64,000 nt of DNA, taken from assembly GCA_048772705.1 (NCBI GenBank), contig JBLWGC010000205.1:103656-167655 (forward strand), written 5' to 3'. This DNA is from Leidyana gryllorum EB-2025a. Lineage: Eukaryota; Protista; Apicomplexa. The position numbers were made by a program, and so were the translations under genes. The notes below the pieces were generated by a model. It had not been told where the DNA came from, did not search any database, and was given only the letters and a program-made list of their open reading frames with translations. Positions 26,464 through 37,610 of the stretch are shown here, in pieces. Numbering within the stretch: the stretch's first letter is position 1; the number at the start of each line of letters is the position of its first letter.

Positions 26464-27086
26464 AAAACTTAACTTAGGGCACAGGCCGCAGTCCACCGGC
26501 CGTGCGTGCGTGTCTCGGTGAAAGAACACACGTGTGCAATGCGTCTGGTGTGGACTCCATGGTCATTGCTCATCGTGTCCGCGATCAACAAAGACTACAA
26601 TCGCGGTCCAATTCCGGACTTGGAACTGGTGTACGAACCTAGGTAGGCCAAGATTGACACGAACCAACGTCTTTGTAGTCCGGTGGGGTCCGACGCAGAA
26701 CGGTCGTTACGAGTGCCGTTGTTGTGGCGAATCAATCAGGCACAGAGTCTGGAAGACAAGCAAGTAGGAGGACAAGCACAAATCTTAGATCTAGGTTCTA
26801 TTATCAGATGCACATATTCGCAGATCGGGTAAATCGAGGTGTAGAAAATCTGAAGGGAATTTCAGAAAACGCACAAGTATGAGTAAGGGCTGTGAGTTCT
26901 AGCGAAATTCTCATCCATCAGTTTCTGGTGGCATCAATGTCAAAAGCCTACGAAGAGCGTAACGCCCGACCAAAAAACCAAAGTGTCGTGGCCTGAGGTA
27001 CACTTTCAAACAGAGGTGTTCGAATCTGGCGGGGAAGTGTACTCAAAAGTTTACTGAGGACCATTGTATCCCACTCCAAGCGCAGA

Positions 27087-29228
27087 TTACATGAACTCCG
27101 CGTGCAATCCCTCGTTCCCTTGACGCTTTGTGCCGTACAGACCTGCGGGCACTAATCTGGGCCCAAATTTCTCCATGAAGTCCAGCACGGTTCCATTTGT
27201 CCATCCAAAACCTTCTTGGGTGACGTACTCGCCATCAACCCCAGACTTTCCCAGTCGGGCGCAGTCGTATTTCTCACTGCAGACGCCGAAAAACTCGAAC
27301 CGGTCCAGTACAGTGTTGATGAATCTAGAAGCCCAGTTGATAGCTATCGTCATAGCCGGCCCCTTGTCGTCAATCGCTTTCTTGTGCAAATCCCAGAATC
27401 TTCCACCACACATGAATTCCACTGCAACATGGTGGTTGGGAGCCCACACATTCGGGCAATCCCATTGCAGTCCAGCTGTCACGTTGGTGCACACAATGCC
27501 ATATGGTCTGATTAAGCAGCTCAAATTTGAAGCGAGCTGTATTCTTCTCTCATCAGTCATCTTCTCTGGATTGACTCCAGCCCACAAAGGCCAGAAGGAG
27601 GCCGCACTGACCACCTTACTTAACTTCTTATTCTTCATATCATAGTCGAGCCACATTTCATTCTTCTCATCCCACAGATAATGCATCATGGCCTCGCGCC
27701 GGGCCTCCCTGGCGGCCAAATACTGTTCTTCACTCTCCTTCTTCCCTAAGAGAGCAGCAAAGTAGGCCAAATCTTCCTCGTACAGGAACATCAAGGAATT
27801 GAGGCAGCAAGGGATGATGTTGCATGTGTCAATGTCGACCAAACAGACCTTGTGAAGGACTTTTTCGACCCTCAGATCCGGCTTGATACCTTCTCCTTCA
27901 ACCGCTGGACGCAACCACCGACTGCTGAAATCCCATCCACTCTCCGCTGCCGCTCGGATAGCACGGAAGTGCTCGTCCAACGATTCAGCAGCGCCATTGA
28001 ACTCTTTGTACAGTCGACCAGTGATCTGATCGATACGATAAGACTCAGGACGAGGGGTACACTCAACACTGTAGAAGCGGTTCAGATATCCCTTCTTAGT
28101 CTGTCCACCAGTTGTGGGAATATCCAACTCGAGAACATGGCCGCGCTTGGCGTTCATCCACCACTGATGATAGTCCCGCTCCAAAAGCTGCATCGCATTG
28201 CGAACAAATTCAAGATCGTCAGTAGCGTGGTAGTAAGCTCGCAGCATGCAGGAGAGCATGGGAGGCTGACTCCGGTCGAGATAGTACTTTCTCAGGCCAT
28301 TCGGGATGAAACCCAGACGCTCAATGCAGAACAAAAAATTCTCCAACATCTCGCGAGCCTGAGTTAACATTCCACTTGAGAGAAGACCGAGCAAAATCCA
28401 GTAGCTGTCCCAATAGTAGATCTCAATGAATCGGCCGCCGGGTACAATGAAGGGCCGTGGTAAAGGAATCAGCGAGTTTCGATCAGGTGCCCAATGAGGC
28501 GACACGCGGCGGTAGAATTTCGGCCACATCTGGATCAGCTCGAGCCCCAATCGCTTCAGTCTTTGGAAGTATTGAGCTTGAGCTGTACTTTTTGCCTCCT
28601 CACTGATGAGGTTGCCAGCGATGACAACCCCTTTGCCTGATGATCCTTCATCCATCATCTCAGCCACTCGGTCTGCCCATAGGGCCGACGCAGTAGCTCG
28701 TCGTCCTAGGCGACGTTTTGTTACTTCTCCGTCTTTACCATTTGATGTGGTATCGTAGGCGGGCGGACCTCCCCGAGCGGCCATCTGCACCAACTTGCTC
28801 TCGGCCAAAGTCATCCGAGGAGCACTTGGAATAAGATGAGCAGCATTTGTGTTTCGCACTATCTCTGGGCGAAGTGTGAGGAGCTGACGGTCAGGTCCAC
28901 TTTTCAGCAGTTGATCACTGCTAACTCCAATCGTCGCGGTGGACGAGAGCCGGTGTTGTCGTGGCTTGTGGGTCATCGTAGGCGCATCGAATTGCGAAAG
29001 GAAGTTGTTGCGGCCAAGCTTGCAGGGCGGTATCAGCTCATGGCTGATCACATCCAGGTCTGACCCAGGCTGAGCAAGCATCTCCATGATCTCTTTGGGT
29101 TCCAGCTCGCGGCATGCCTTGGTTACTTCAGCCGGGTCTGTCTTCAACGGACAATCGACGATGGCTTTCACATCGCTGAAAAGACTCTCGTCTTTGATGA
29201 AAGCTTCCACCAAGGCGTTGTAGAACAT
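27087..29228 (-). CDS. Alpha,alpha-trehalase (GH37), apparently intronless
   Basis: VPGGRFIEIYYWDSYW, IPNGLRKYYLDRSQPP, PRPESY, AAESGWDFSSRW, QWDCPNVWAP and EKYD..GEYVTQEGFGWTNG. Confidence 0.95.
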   Translation of the reverse strand: MFYNALVEAFIKDESLFSDVKAIVDCPLKTDPAEVTKACRELEPKEIMEMLAQPGSDLDVISHELIPPCKLGRNNFLSQFDAPTMTHKPRQHRLSSTATIGVSSDQLLKSGPDRQLLTLRPEIVRNTNAAHLIPSAPRMTLAESKLVQMAARGGPPAYDTTSNGKDGEVTKRRLGRRATASALWADRVAEMMDEGSSGKGVVIAGNLISEEAKSTAQAQYFQRLKRLGLELIQMWPKFYRRVSPHWAPDRNSLIPLPRPFIVPGGRFIEIYYWDSYWILLGLLSSGMLTQAREMLENFLFCIERLGFIPNGLRKYYLDRSQPPMLSCMLRAYYHATDDLEFVRNAMQLLERDYHQWWMNAKRGHVLELDIPTTGGQTKKGYLNRFYSVECTPRPESYRIDQITGRLYKEFNGAAESLDEHFRAIRAAAESGWDFSSRWLRPAVEGEGIKPDLRVEKVLHKVCLVDIDTCNIIPCCLNSLMFLYEEDLAYFAALLGKKESEEQYLAAREARREAMMHYLWDEKNEMWLDYDMKNKKLSKVVSAASFWPLWAGVNPEKMTDERRIQLASNLSCLIRPYGIVCTNVTAGLQWDCPNVWAPNHHVAVEFMCGGRFWDLHKKAIDDKGPAMTIAINWASRFINTVLDRFEFFGVCSEKYDCARLGKSGVDGEYVTQEGFGWTNGTVLDFMEKFGPRLVPAGLYGTKRQGNEGLHAEFM

Positions 29229-29367
29229 TTTCACGGTCCGAAACCGGCCAGCCAACGCAGCCCAAAAAGAAAATTAATAGGAGGGTTAAATAGCCACACT
29301 TGTTTGGGCTCCAAAATCGGTGTTGAGGGGTGTTGCACGTGTGTTATACGAAAATCGAGGTTGCACA

Positions 29368-31398
29368 TCACTCAGGTTTCTGAGGATTTGTGTACGGCGA
29401 GTCGCCCATAATGCGTCCGCGTGTCTCTTTCACGCACAATGCGACAAACGCTATATACGCCGCTGAACAGACTGCACACACATATTAAGTTTGGTGTTCT
29501 CGCATGCTCCCCGTCGTGCTGATCTGCTATTGTGATGCAGGCTGAATTCTCAGTGCTCTTCACATCCACACCAGATCTCGCCCAACGTGAGGAGGGAGCA
29601 CCTCGTTCACTCACCAAAGAACACTGTGTAAGCGATTTTTGAGTCCAGCAGTCCGGCACCGAAGACCATAAGGATCGAAGCCAGCCAGTTCGTTGCCACA
29701 CAGATACTGGAAGCTTGCGCTTTCATATCCATTGGGAAGATCTCAAATAGGTAGAGCCAGGTGATCGGACCCGCTGCGACAGCGAAGAACACGACAAATA
29801 AACAAGCTCCTACTATAGCAGCAATCGTCAAACCGGTGGAAGGCTCTTCGTTCCATTGAGTCCAGTACATCACTGTGGCCGGAGCGACCGCAACGGTCAT
29901 TCCGATGGATCCGATCAACAACAGGGTGCGTCTGTAAGAGTGATCATCGGCAAGGTGATCAAATGGCCATACCTGCCAAGTCGCTCAATAAGTAACATAG
30001 GAATGAACGTGCACAGTAGGTTAACACAAGAGAGGCCGATGGACGCCACAGTAACCTTCGAGGGTTTCAGACCTGAACAAGGTAAGGTGTGCTTGAATCA
30101 AATGTTATTCTTACCAGCTTCTCCGAACAGCTTGTTGCTACTGGCGATGAAAGCATTGATACCAGTGATTTGCTGGAAAATGGCAATTCCAAGTCCAACC
30201 ATCAAAGCGGCCCTGTACCCTGGTTTCTTCAGCAGTTCTCCTAGAGGTGGTTTGTTTTGTTTAGACATTTCGTCAATGGCATGACCTCTCAGCTCCTGCA
30301 TCTCCAGTGAAACATCATCCTTGTGGTACATGCGTTGGAGCAATTGGGTGGCGTTGTGGTCATCACCGTGGCGAATGTAGTATTGTGGCGTTTCGAATGT
30401 GAAAATGGGTCCGAAGAATACAAGTGCCATGATGACCGGGATTATACCGAATCCAAGCATGATACGCCACCATGTCCTGACGATGAAATACCTCCAAATC
30501 TATCACAATGGAGCCTTACCGATCGAATTTACTAAGTTCCCAGTTCTTGACGACGACTTCATAGTCGCTCTCGGGCATGACTTGGAAAGCAAGACCAAGC
30601 ACGACCGCCAAGAGCTGTCCAATCACCAGGACTAACTGATGGAAGACTCTGAGTGACGGGATCCCGACTGCACCAATATCTGGTGACTTACCCATAGCGA
30701 CCTCGTTTCTCCTTTGGCGTCATTTCGGATATGTAAGCGGGAGTGACAACGGAGGTCACACCTACGCCAAACCCAACAATGAGTCGGGCCCATAGAAGGG
30801 ACGCAAATCCGGATGCGGTGACAGAGCTAACTACACCGACAAAGAACACGAGCAATGTGGTGAGCAAGAGCGTTCGATGCCCAATGACGATGAAGCGACC
30901 CGCTGTCAGAGCGCCCGCGGCCGCTCCCAAGAAGACAGCCGTGGACAAGCTCGATTTGTACCATTTGGCTTTAGAGCAATCTGAACGATAGATTATGTGG
31001 AGGATGCCAAAAATCTCAAACTTACCGACAACGGCTTCCACCCCACACCAGTTGAAATCTGCTGCGATGTAATCCACAGATGTGTTGAGCAGCGCCGTAT
31101 TGAAACCGAATAGGAAAGATCCAGTTGTAGCAATCAGCACCAAAACCAGGACGAAGGGGAAGCAGCTACAGAAAGAAGACACTTTGTCCACCAGGTTCCA
31201 ATTCACAAGAGTTTCAGACAAAGCAGGCAAAGGAATGCTATGAGACTTGCGTACGCTCGACTGGCTCCTTTCACCGTGGAACAGATCAGATGCTGCTTTA
31301 TCGACAGCATGGGGTTCTGACATTGAGGCGCGCAGCTCACGGGACCCATGATTATTATCATTGGGCGCTTTCGGGGGCGGCGGAGGGTCGGCGGACAT
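29368..31398 (-). CDS. MFS sugar porter, apicomplexan hexose transporter HT1/GT1-like, spliced
   Basis: GSFLFGFNTALLN, PAYISEMTPKEKRGRYG, ETPQYY, FQQITGINAF, GPITWLYLFEIFP and C-terminal VKETRGRIMGDSPY (PfHT1-like KETKG..GTSPY). Confidence 0.9.
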
Positions 31399-31428
31399 TT
31401 CCAAGGACTATGCAAACGTGTGTGCAAT

Positions 31429-33225
31429 CTACCGCCGAGGCACTTGTCGCCGGTTTAGGGTGCCATTTGGACTCGAGAACCCTTCATTGGGTGGTACCAG
31501 GGACACAGCATACTGTTTCAACATGTCTCCAACGCGGTCGTACACGAACTGGTTACCTTAAAGATTGGCAGAGGAACCACCGGGCGAAATGCATACATCA
31601 AGCTCATCATGATAAGCAGATCAGCCAGGTAGTCAAATGCGGTCATCAGAAAGACTCCCATCGGATCATCTTCCCCGACTACTGAGAGCTGAGATGAATT
31701 TAAATAAAAGCCGAGATCATGTTCTTGGCCGACTTACACCGAAAACCAGAAGTGCAGACGGCTTGAGGACGTAGAAGATGAATATGGCGCGGAACAGTAG
31801 ATAGGCTGATCGTACACGATAGAGCTTGCCAACCTTGAGTGAGATATTCTGTTGGTTAGCAAGTTCAGTCAAGCTGGCAATCCGGATGTTGGTGGAAGTT
31901 ATAATCCAGATATAGGCCATGGTGGCGAGAAGATACCTCACCGGCTGAAGGAACCGATGATGGATACGGAAGTGATGCGGCCTAACCTGAAAGCCGCCAA
32001 CCGAGATCTCAAAGATTGCCAAATAAGCGATGCCGGTGGCCGTGGCTCCGCTGAGGAACCGTATATCACTTGTTGTGAGACCCTGACGGTACAGAAGCCG
32101 CCCAGACGCTATCATGAGGAGCACGAGAAGTAGATAACAGTCATGTAATCTCGAGAGTGTTCTCGGTATGAATCTGCGATTTAGAGGTCACGGTATTCAG
32201 CCTTGGTCCCAATTGTATACCTTCGGAGGTATCCTATCTCGCCGTTGAGATCGAATGCTCTGTAGTTGAGCCAATCGGAGAATACGTATGCTCCTTTTAG
32301 GAGGCAAACACTTGAAAGGGTTGGGGTACACCATCCCATCGCCTCTACTGATCCCGGCTGGAGAAGGCACAGTAAAGGATAAATTACACCTCTGGTGTGG
32401 ATATAGTGTGAGGCAACGACGATGGCTTACAGGGAGAAGAAAGTGATGGCAGCGTAGTAAGCAGCCTTCATCTCGCTCTGTTGGGGCACAGATAAGTGGG
32501 TCCATTTCTCATCTGCTGGGAAGCTTGGAAGTATGTTTGAAGACCATTGGTGTTGAGAGGGAGATGGTTGGAGGTTTTGGATGGTGATGTTGCCTTCCAT
32601 GTGGCACGCTCGGCCTTGCGGGTTGACGAACATGACAAATATGGGCTGCAGTACGGCTGTCGGTAAGTCGGCTTGAGTCCAACATTTTGAAATGGGCCCG
32701 TTGAGAACAAGTCGCTGGAAAGGCGCGATTGAATGGAAGGTCGGTTGGTTTCCAGAAGATTACCAACAGTGATGGGATGTAGGAGTGTGGCTGATAGGCA
32801 GTGTCACGGCGCTCAACAGCGAGAGGTAATGGGGTGTTGAGTACACGAGCCTGTAATAGAGAATCGCTGATGTGTGTTGCTGGGAGGTCGTTTGTGTGTG
32901 TATGGTGTTGTTTCGCCGTGTAGTGAGGATTAGGGCTTACCCACTGGTGTCTGGTTACAACATTAAGATAGATGTCATCATACAGATGGGTTTGTGGTTT
33001 GGGTTGGAGATTGATACATAGTCTAAAGTATTGATCGGGGACGAAGAACCTTCGGGCTGTGATAGGGATGGTTTGTGGGTCATCGAGTAATCGTGGGACG
33101 TCAAGTAGATGGATGAAGGGTACGTCTGAAGGCAGTTCGTCGAGGTCTGTGTGATTACTTGCCCCGACGGTGACAATGACAGCTTGACTAAGGGACCATA
33201 GGGCCGACCACGCCAGCAGCTTCAT
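31429..33225 (-). CDS. Signal peptide + luminal domain + multi-TM protein (possibly GOST/TMEM87-like), spliced
   Basis: Signal peptide MKLLAWSALWSLSQA. Several hydrophobic helices in ORFs 32427..32633 and 31717..32124. Family assignment rests on topology only. Confidence 0.45.
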
Positions 33226-33256
33226 TTTTGGCACTCACGCATGCACTACTACTACT

Positions 33257-34066
33257 ATGAAATGGCTATTTAGGTGGTTCTACTTCCTCCTGACTGCAGA
33301 ATGCTACGATTTAGCAACAGTGCCAAGGTGGTCGAGCCAGCCAGGATGCACCGTGAAGCAACACAGTGACTCTGACAAACGCTCGGCTTGTGTGTCGATA
33401 GACCACATTATCACCTGCACAGCCGAGAAGTTCAAAGAGCGAATGAGATCACAAACCCGAGCCCAAGCTCTATGTGGTGCTCTTCTTCGATGGCATGCTG
33501 GCCATCAATATGTTTTAGCCGCTGGACAAACACACATCACCAAGCCGGAGGGAAACACACGCTTTGACCCTCACATCCTGGTCGACCTCGATAGTTCTGT
33601 GGAGAAGTGCAAATCAGCCAACCCCCCGGACTCGTTTGACAGGTTAGGGAGGAGGATTCAGAGTCTTGAGTTCTATTGGGATTTGTATGCTTTCGCCGAT
33701 TCCGGGTCGGACACGAACATTCAGGTAGCATCTCAACGGCGGCGCATGAATGAGAAGGTTTACAATTACCTCAAATCTGTGGACGGTTTCTTGGCACATT
33801 TAGCAACGGGCACAGTCTGTCCAGCAGATCCGCTTACCGCGCACACTGGAACCTTTTCGGCACAGAAGGGCGTGCTTTACCACACTCGATATCAGGTCAA
33901 TCAGCTGTATTTTGACGGGGAGGAGACTCCGCCGGCCCCGATTGGCAGTTTTGACTTTAGAGTGTCAGGGAAACTTCCTCTGGACATTTGTGTTTTGCTG
34001 AGCTGTGTGAGTGACAATCCCACCGTGGAGGATCGTACAGATCTGGTGCCGGATGTTTTCGCGTGA
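33257..34066 (+). CDS. Hypothetical protein with possible signal peptide
   Basis: 269-aa ATG ORF filling the gap between neighbours, with a hydrophobic N-terminus. Confidence 0.55.
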   Translation: MKWLFRWFYFLLTAECYDLATVPRWSSQPGCTVKQHSDSDKRSACVSIDHIITCTAEKFKERMRSQTRAQALCGALLRWHAGHQYVLAAGQTHITKPEGNTRFDPHILVDLDSSVEKCKSANPPDSFDRLGRRIQSLEFYWDLYAFADSGSDTNIQVASQRRRMNEKVYNYLKSVDGFLAHLATGTVCPADPLTAHTGTFSAQKGVLYHTRYQVNQLYFDGEETPPAPIGSFDFRVSGKLPLDICVLLSCVSDNPTVEDRTDLVPDVFA

Positions 34067-34082
34067 GATGAGCAACAACTAT

Positions 34083-34090
34083 TGCATGCA
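34083..34090. promoter_or_regulatory. TGCATGCA palindrome, candidate ApiAP2 site
   Basis: 17 nt upstream of ATG 34108. The motif is a known apicomplexan AP2 element. Confidence 0.4.
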
Positions 34091-34107
34091 TAGCGTGCGA
34101 CGGAGGT

Positions 34108-35430
34108 ATGAGACTCCACTTTGTGTTCCTCATACTGGTGGCCACTGTGTTGGCCGTTCGCCGCGGTAACAGTCGAGGCGGGCGCAGACCGCAAAGTCTT
34201 TCAAACATAGCGAAGACCGGGGCGAAGGTGCTGAAGGCTGGAAACAAAGCTCGGGCTTATCTGCAGAAGCAACAGACGGGCTCCGCCCCATCATCTTCGC
34301 AAGCCTCGACGCCACAGCAGAAGGCTCAAGCGCGCCAGGCCGCGGCTCTACTGGCCCGGAAAGAGGCAGAGGTGCAGTCCAAGGCCAGTCAGCTCCTGGA
34401 TACTCAGGGGGCTATGCTCAGTGAGAGCACAGAAGCGGTGACTCAGATGGTGCCAGGACAAGCTGAGACTCGACCTTTCTTGTTCCAGGAGCACGCGAAA
34501 GTGATGTGTCAATTCGAGAAGTGCGAAGCCGCTGGGGAGGCGTTCGAAACGTGTTTCCACGACGTCAGTTGTACAAACTGTCCCCGGCTGTACTTTGACA
34601 AGAAGACTCCGATTCTCGAGCAGGTGAGAAAGCGTCGTTGTGATGTGTCGTGCACATTTTTGTCCACGATTTTCCTTCCAGATGCAACAAAACTGTTTCC
34701 ATACGGGTTGGGCCACACTTCCATACACCGGGTGGGACGGGCAGTATCCGCTGGCGATTGTGGCTTTTGGGAGCGGATTCACGACTGAATCGGGCGGGTT
34801 GGCATTGGAGTGGGAAAACAAAGGCCCGCTTCGGACAGATCTGTGTGATGTTCACCGTGACAGCGAGGGGAACCATTATATCGATTACTATCTGGACATC
34901 AGAATCCAATCAACTCGTGAGCAGAGTATAGATTTCAGTGCGCGTGTGAGTGCGGACCCGGGTGGTGGGTTGCCCCGCCGGTATAATCCGGCTGGAGAGT
35001 GCGAGGAAGAGAGTTACCATAGCGGTATCAGAGCTCTGAAGCCAGAGAACGTGCTGATGGTGCGATTGACGTTACAGGTACAGATAGACGGTGGAGGCGT
35101 CATGATTTGAATTTGATCTGGTAGGTCTATTTGGAGGCGAGAGGCCCGAACGAATCCCAATATCGGTACACCTTGAGACATTTACCCACAGAAAGTGACT
35201 ACAAGCTAACGCTACACTGTTTTGAAAACGGTCGAGGTGGGCAGATCTGTCGTCAAGATGCCTTGATCATCTGCACCCGATTGACTTGTCCGACTGAACT
35301 GGATAGAGAAGTCCTGAATGAGTCGAGAAATACTCTTCAACTAACAACAAAGCAAATCTCGACAACTTCGTTCGCCAACAAACGAACTCAACGGTCGGCA
35401 GCCAGCGAGTTATGGACCAACGCCGAATGA
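34108..35430 (+). CDS. Secreted Cys-rich hypothetical protein, 3 exons
   Basis: Signal peptide MRLHFVFLILVATVLA and multiple Cys. Introns at about 34624-34681 and 35078-35124 join the ORFs. Confidence 0.6.
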
Positions 35431-35451
35431 TGCTGACTTGCACTCTATACG

Positions 35452-37610
35452 TCATAATTCACCTTCTTTGCTTTCATTTGCAGCCACAGTGCGGCGTTTG
35501 GGTTTACCACGGAGATCTTTCAATTTGCCTGCCGGCTGCTGCAGCTCAATGTCGTAGCAGCTGGTAGGGCTCTCAGGTCCCCCGATGACCCACACCGATG
35601 CGGGGGCTCGTTCCAATGTCTTCAAGGCTTTCTGCCCGAACAGCTGGAACCACACGACGCCCAAACAAATACAGACGAACGACTCGACGATGAAGGCATC
35701 CACACTGCCCATTCCAGCTCGGTCCAACAGAGCCAGCGCTGCCATTCCAGGCCACTGACACCAAACATCATCGACCGACGACACCCTCACCTTATTCCCT
35801 AAATTAGCCATTGTATTGAAGAAAGTCATCGAACTCCCTCCGATTGAAGTATCAGATATTTGAGCAAAGAAGGCCATCTGCTCAGAATGGCAATTACCTA
35901 TCAACCGAGACACCACTCACTTGTGAAACGAACATGAACTCAGTGCAGATCTGCTGGGCCGCAACGCACACATATAACAGCGCCCAGTATAGGGCTGCGT
36001 ACGCAGTAATCCCATCGTGCTCTTTTGCGAAAGGCACATACAAATCTCGAGTAATCTTGAACACTCCTGCCAATAAAGACAAAGACACACTCAATAACCA
36101 CCCACCAGCCACAAAACACCGCTCACTCACCCATCCAAAGTAATACCATAACTAAACGAGCCGCCCAACCGGCTCGGAAAATAGCCAATGGTGTGGCTCG
36201 ACCAATTAATCTTCCCGTGAGATACGATGACAGGACTCCCCAAGGCATCACTAATGGAGCCATCAGGACCATATTCTCCTTCTTAATCCCCGCTTCGATC
36301 ATCTGGCGAGAACATGCCACTCTCGCTGCTGCGCTGCCCCCTGAGACTCACCTTCAATATACCCGTGGCGTCAGTTGCGGCGAACCCGATTCGGCTCGTC
36401 AGAAGCACTATGCACGCCAGTTGAACCGGCCGCAAACAGATCAGCTGCCACAACAGAATGTAACTGTCCCGGATCCGAAGCCGTCCCGCCGCGGCGGCCT
36501 CCGTCGCAGGTTCTGGCCGCGTTAGCTGTAGAGCCTCATCCGACCCCTTGTCCTTCAGCGGTGGTTTGGGACGGGAAGCCTCGGGCTGGAACACCATCAC
36601 ATATGCAGTCACTATCAGGAAGACGAATCCCCAGAACCTGCCAACAAGACACACATTAAGACGGAGGAGATCGACGCCAACACACACACACACACACACG
36701 TCTCCGCACACACACACACGTCTCCGTTTCAGCCAGTCGATCTATTGCAGACTCACGTGAAGAAACCGTCAACCGTCACCATCCCGTGCTCCTTGGGTGT
36801 CCAGCGGAAGAAACGGTTGCAAGTGTCTGTACAAAGTGTGAATGACTGCGGGACGGTTCAAGTCTCACCAGGATCATTGAATACCAAAAGCCCAATGTTT
36901 GAAAGATAGAACCCAATGCTCTGTCCAATGGTGTTACAGGTCGAAGCGTGTCTGCTCAAGAAGGAAACAAAGGATTTGATGCAGTCGCGATTCGATGCCC
37001 CGAACACGCAGTTCAGTGCCAAGAAGTCCCCTCGGATGACTTACTTTTTCTTGTGGGGGGGTAACAACTCGAGCGCCCATCCGTCCACTGCGATATCCTG
37101 GGGACAGATAGATAGCACGCAGTCTCTCCGGGGGGGGGGATCCGTGCAGAGAGTGAGAGGAGGCATCACTGTCATTGTGAGTCAGCACAAGGGGACACAG
37201 TTTTATGGTTCGCTTGGTCGTACCTGGGTGGCCATCATGAGGTAAAGACTGAAGAAAGTGATGGTGAGGGGCAGGACGCGGGGCGTTGCATTGTTTTCTC
37301 CAATCCAAGCAGCAACAATACCGGTTTGGCCTAATATGATCATAAGGGCTCCGCATAAGAGTTGCGTCGGCATAAGCCAGGATTTGCGGCGGCCAAGCCG
37401 AGGGAGACGGGTGGAGTCGACAATGGGCGCCCATAGGAGCTTGAGACTGAAAGGCAGTGAAGCGATACTATATATGGCGAGTTCTGAGTAGGGAACATGC
37501 CGTGCCTGGAGCAGTAGGGGTACTGCCGAGCTCAACCCGAGGGGGACGGCTTGGATAATGTAGAGAACTAGAAGAAGTGTGAGCTGGGGAGCCTCCCGGG
37601 AGAAGGCCAT
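35452..37610 (-). CDS. SLC33A1: Acetyl-CoA transporter 1 (AT-1/SLC33A1, MFS), multi-exon
   Basis: LLLVLYIIQAVPLGL, LPFSLKLLWAPIVDS, GRRKSWLMPTQ, ATQ|DIAVDGWAL and MAFFAQISDTSIGGSSMTFFNTMANLG. Confidence 0.92.
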
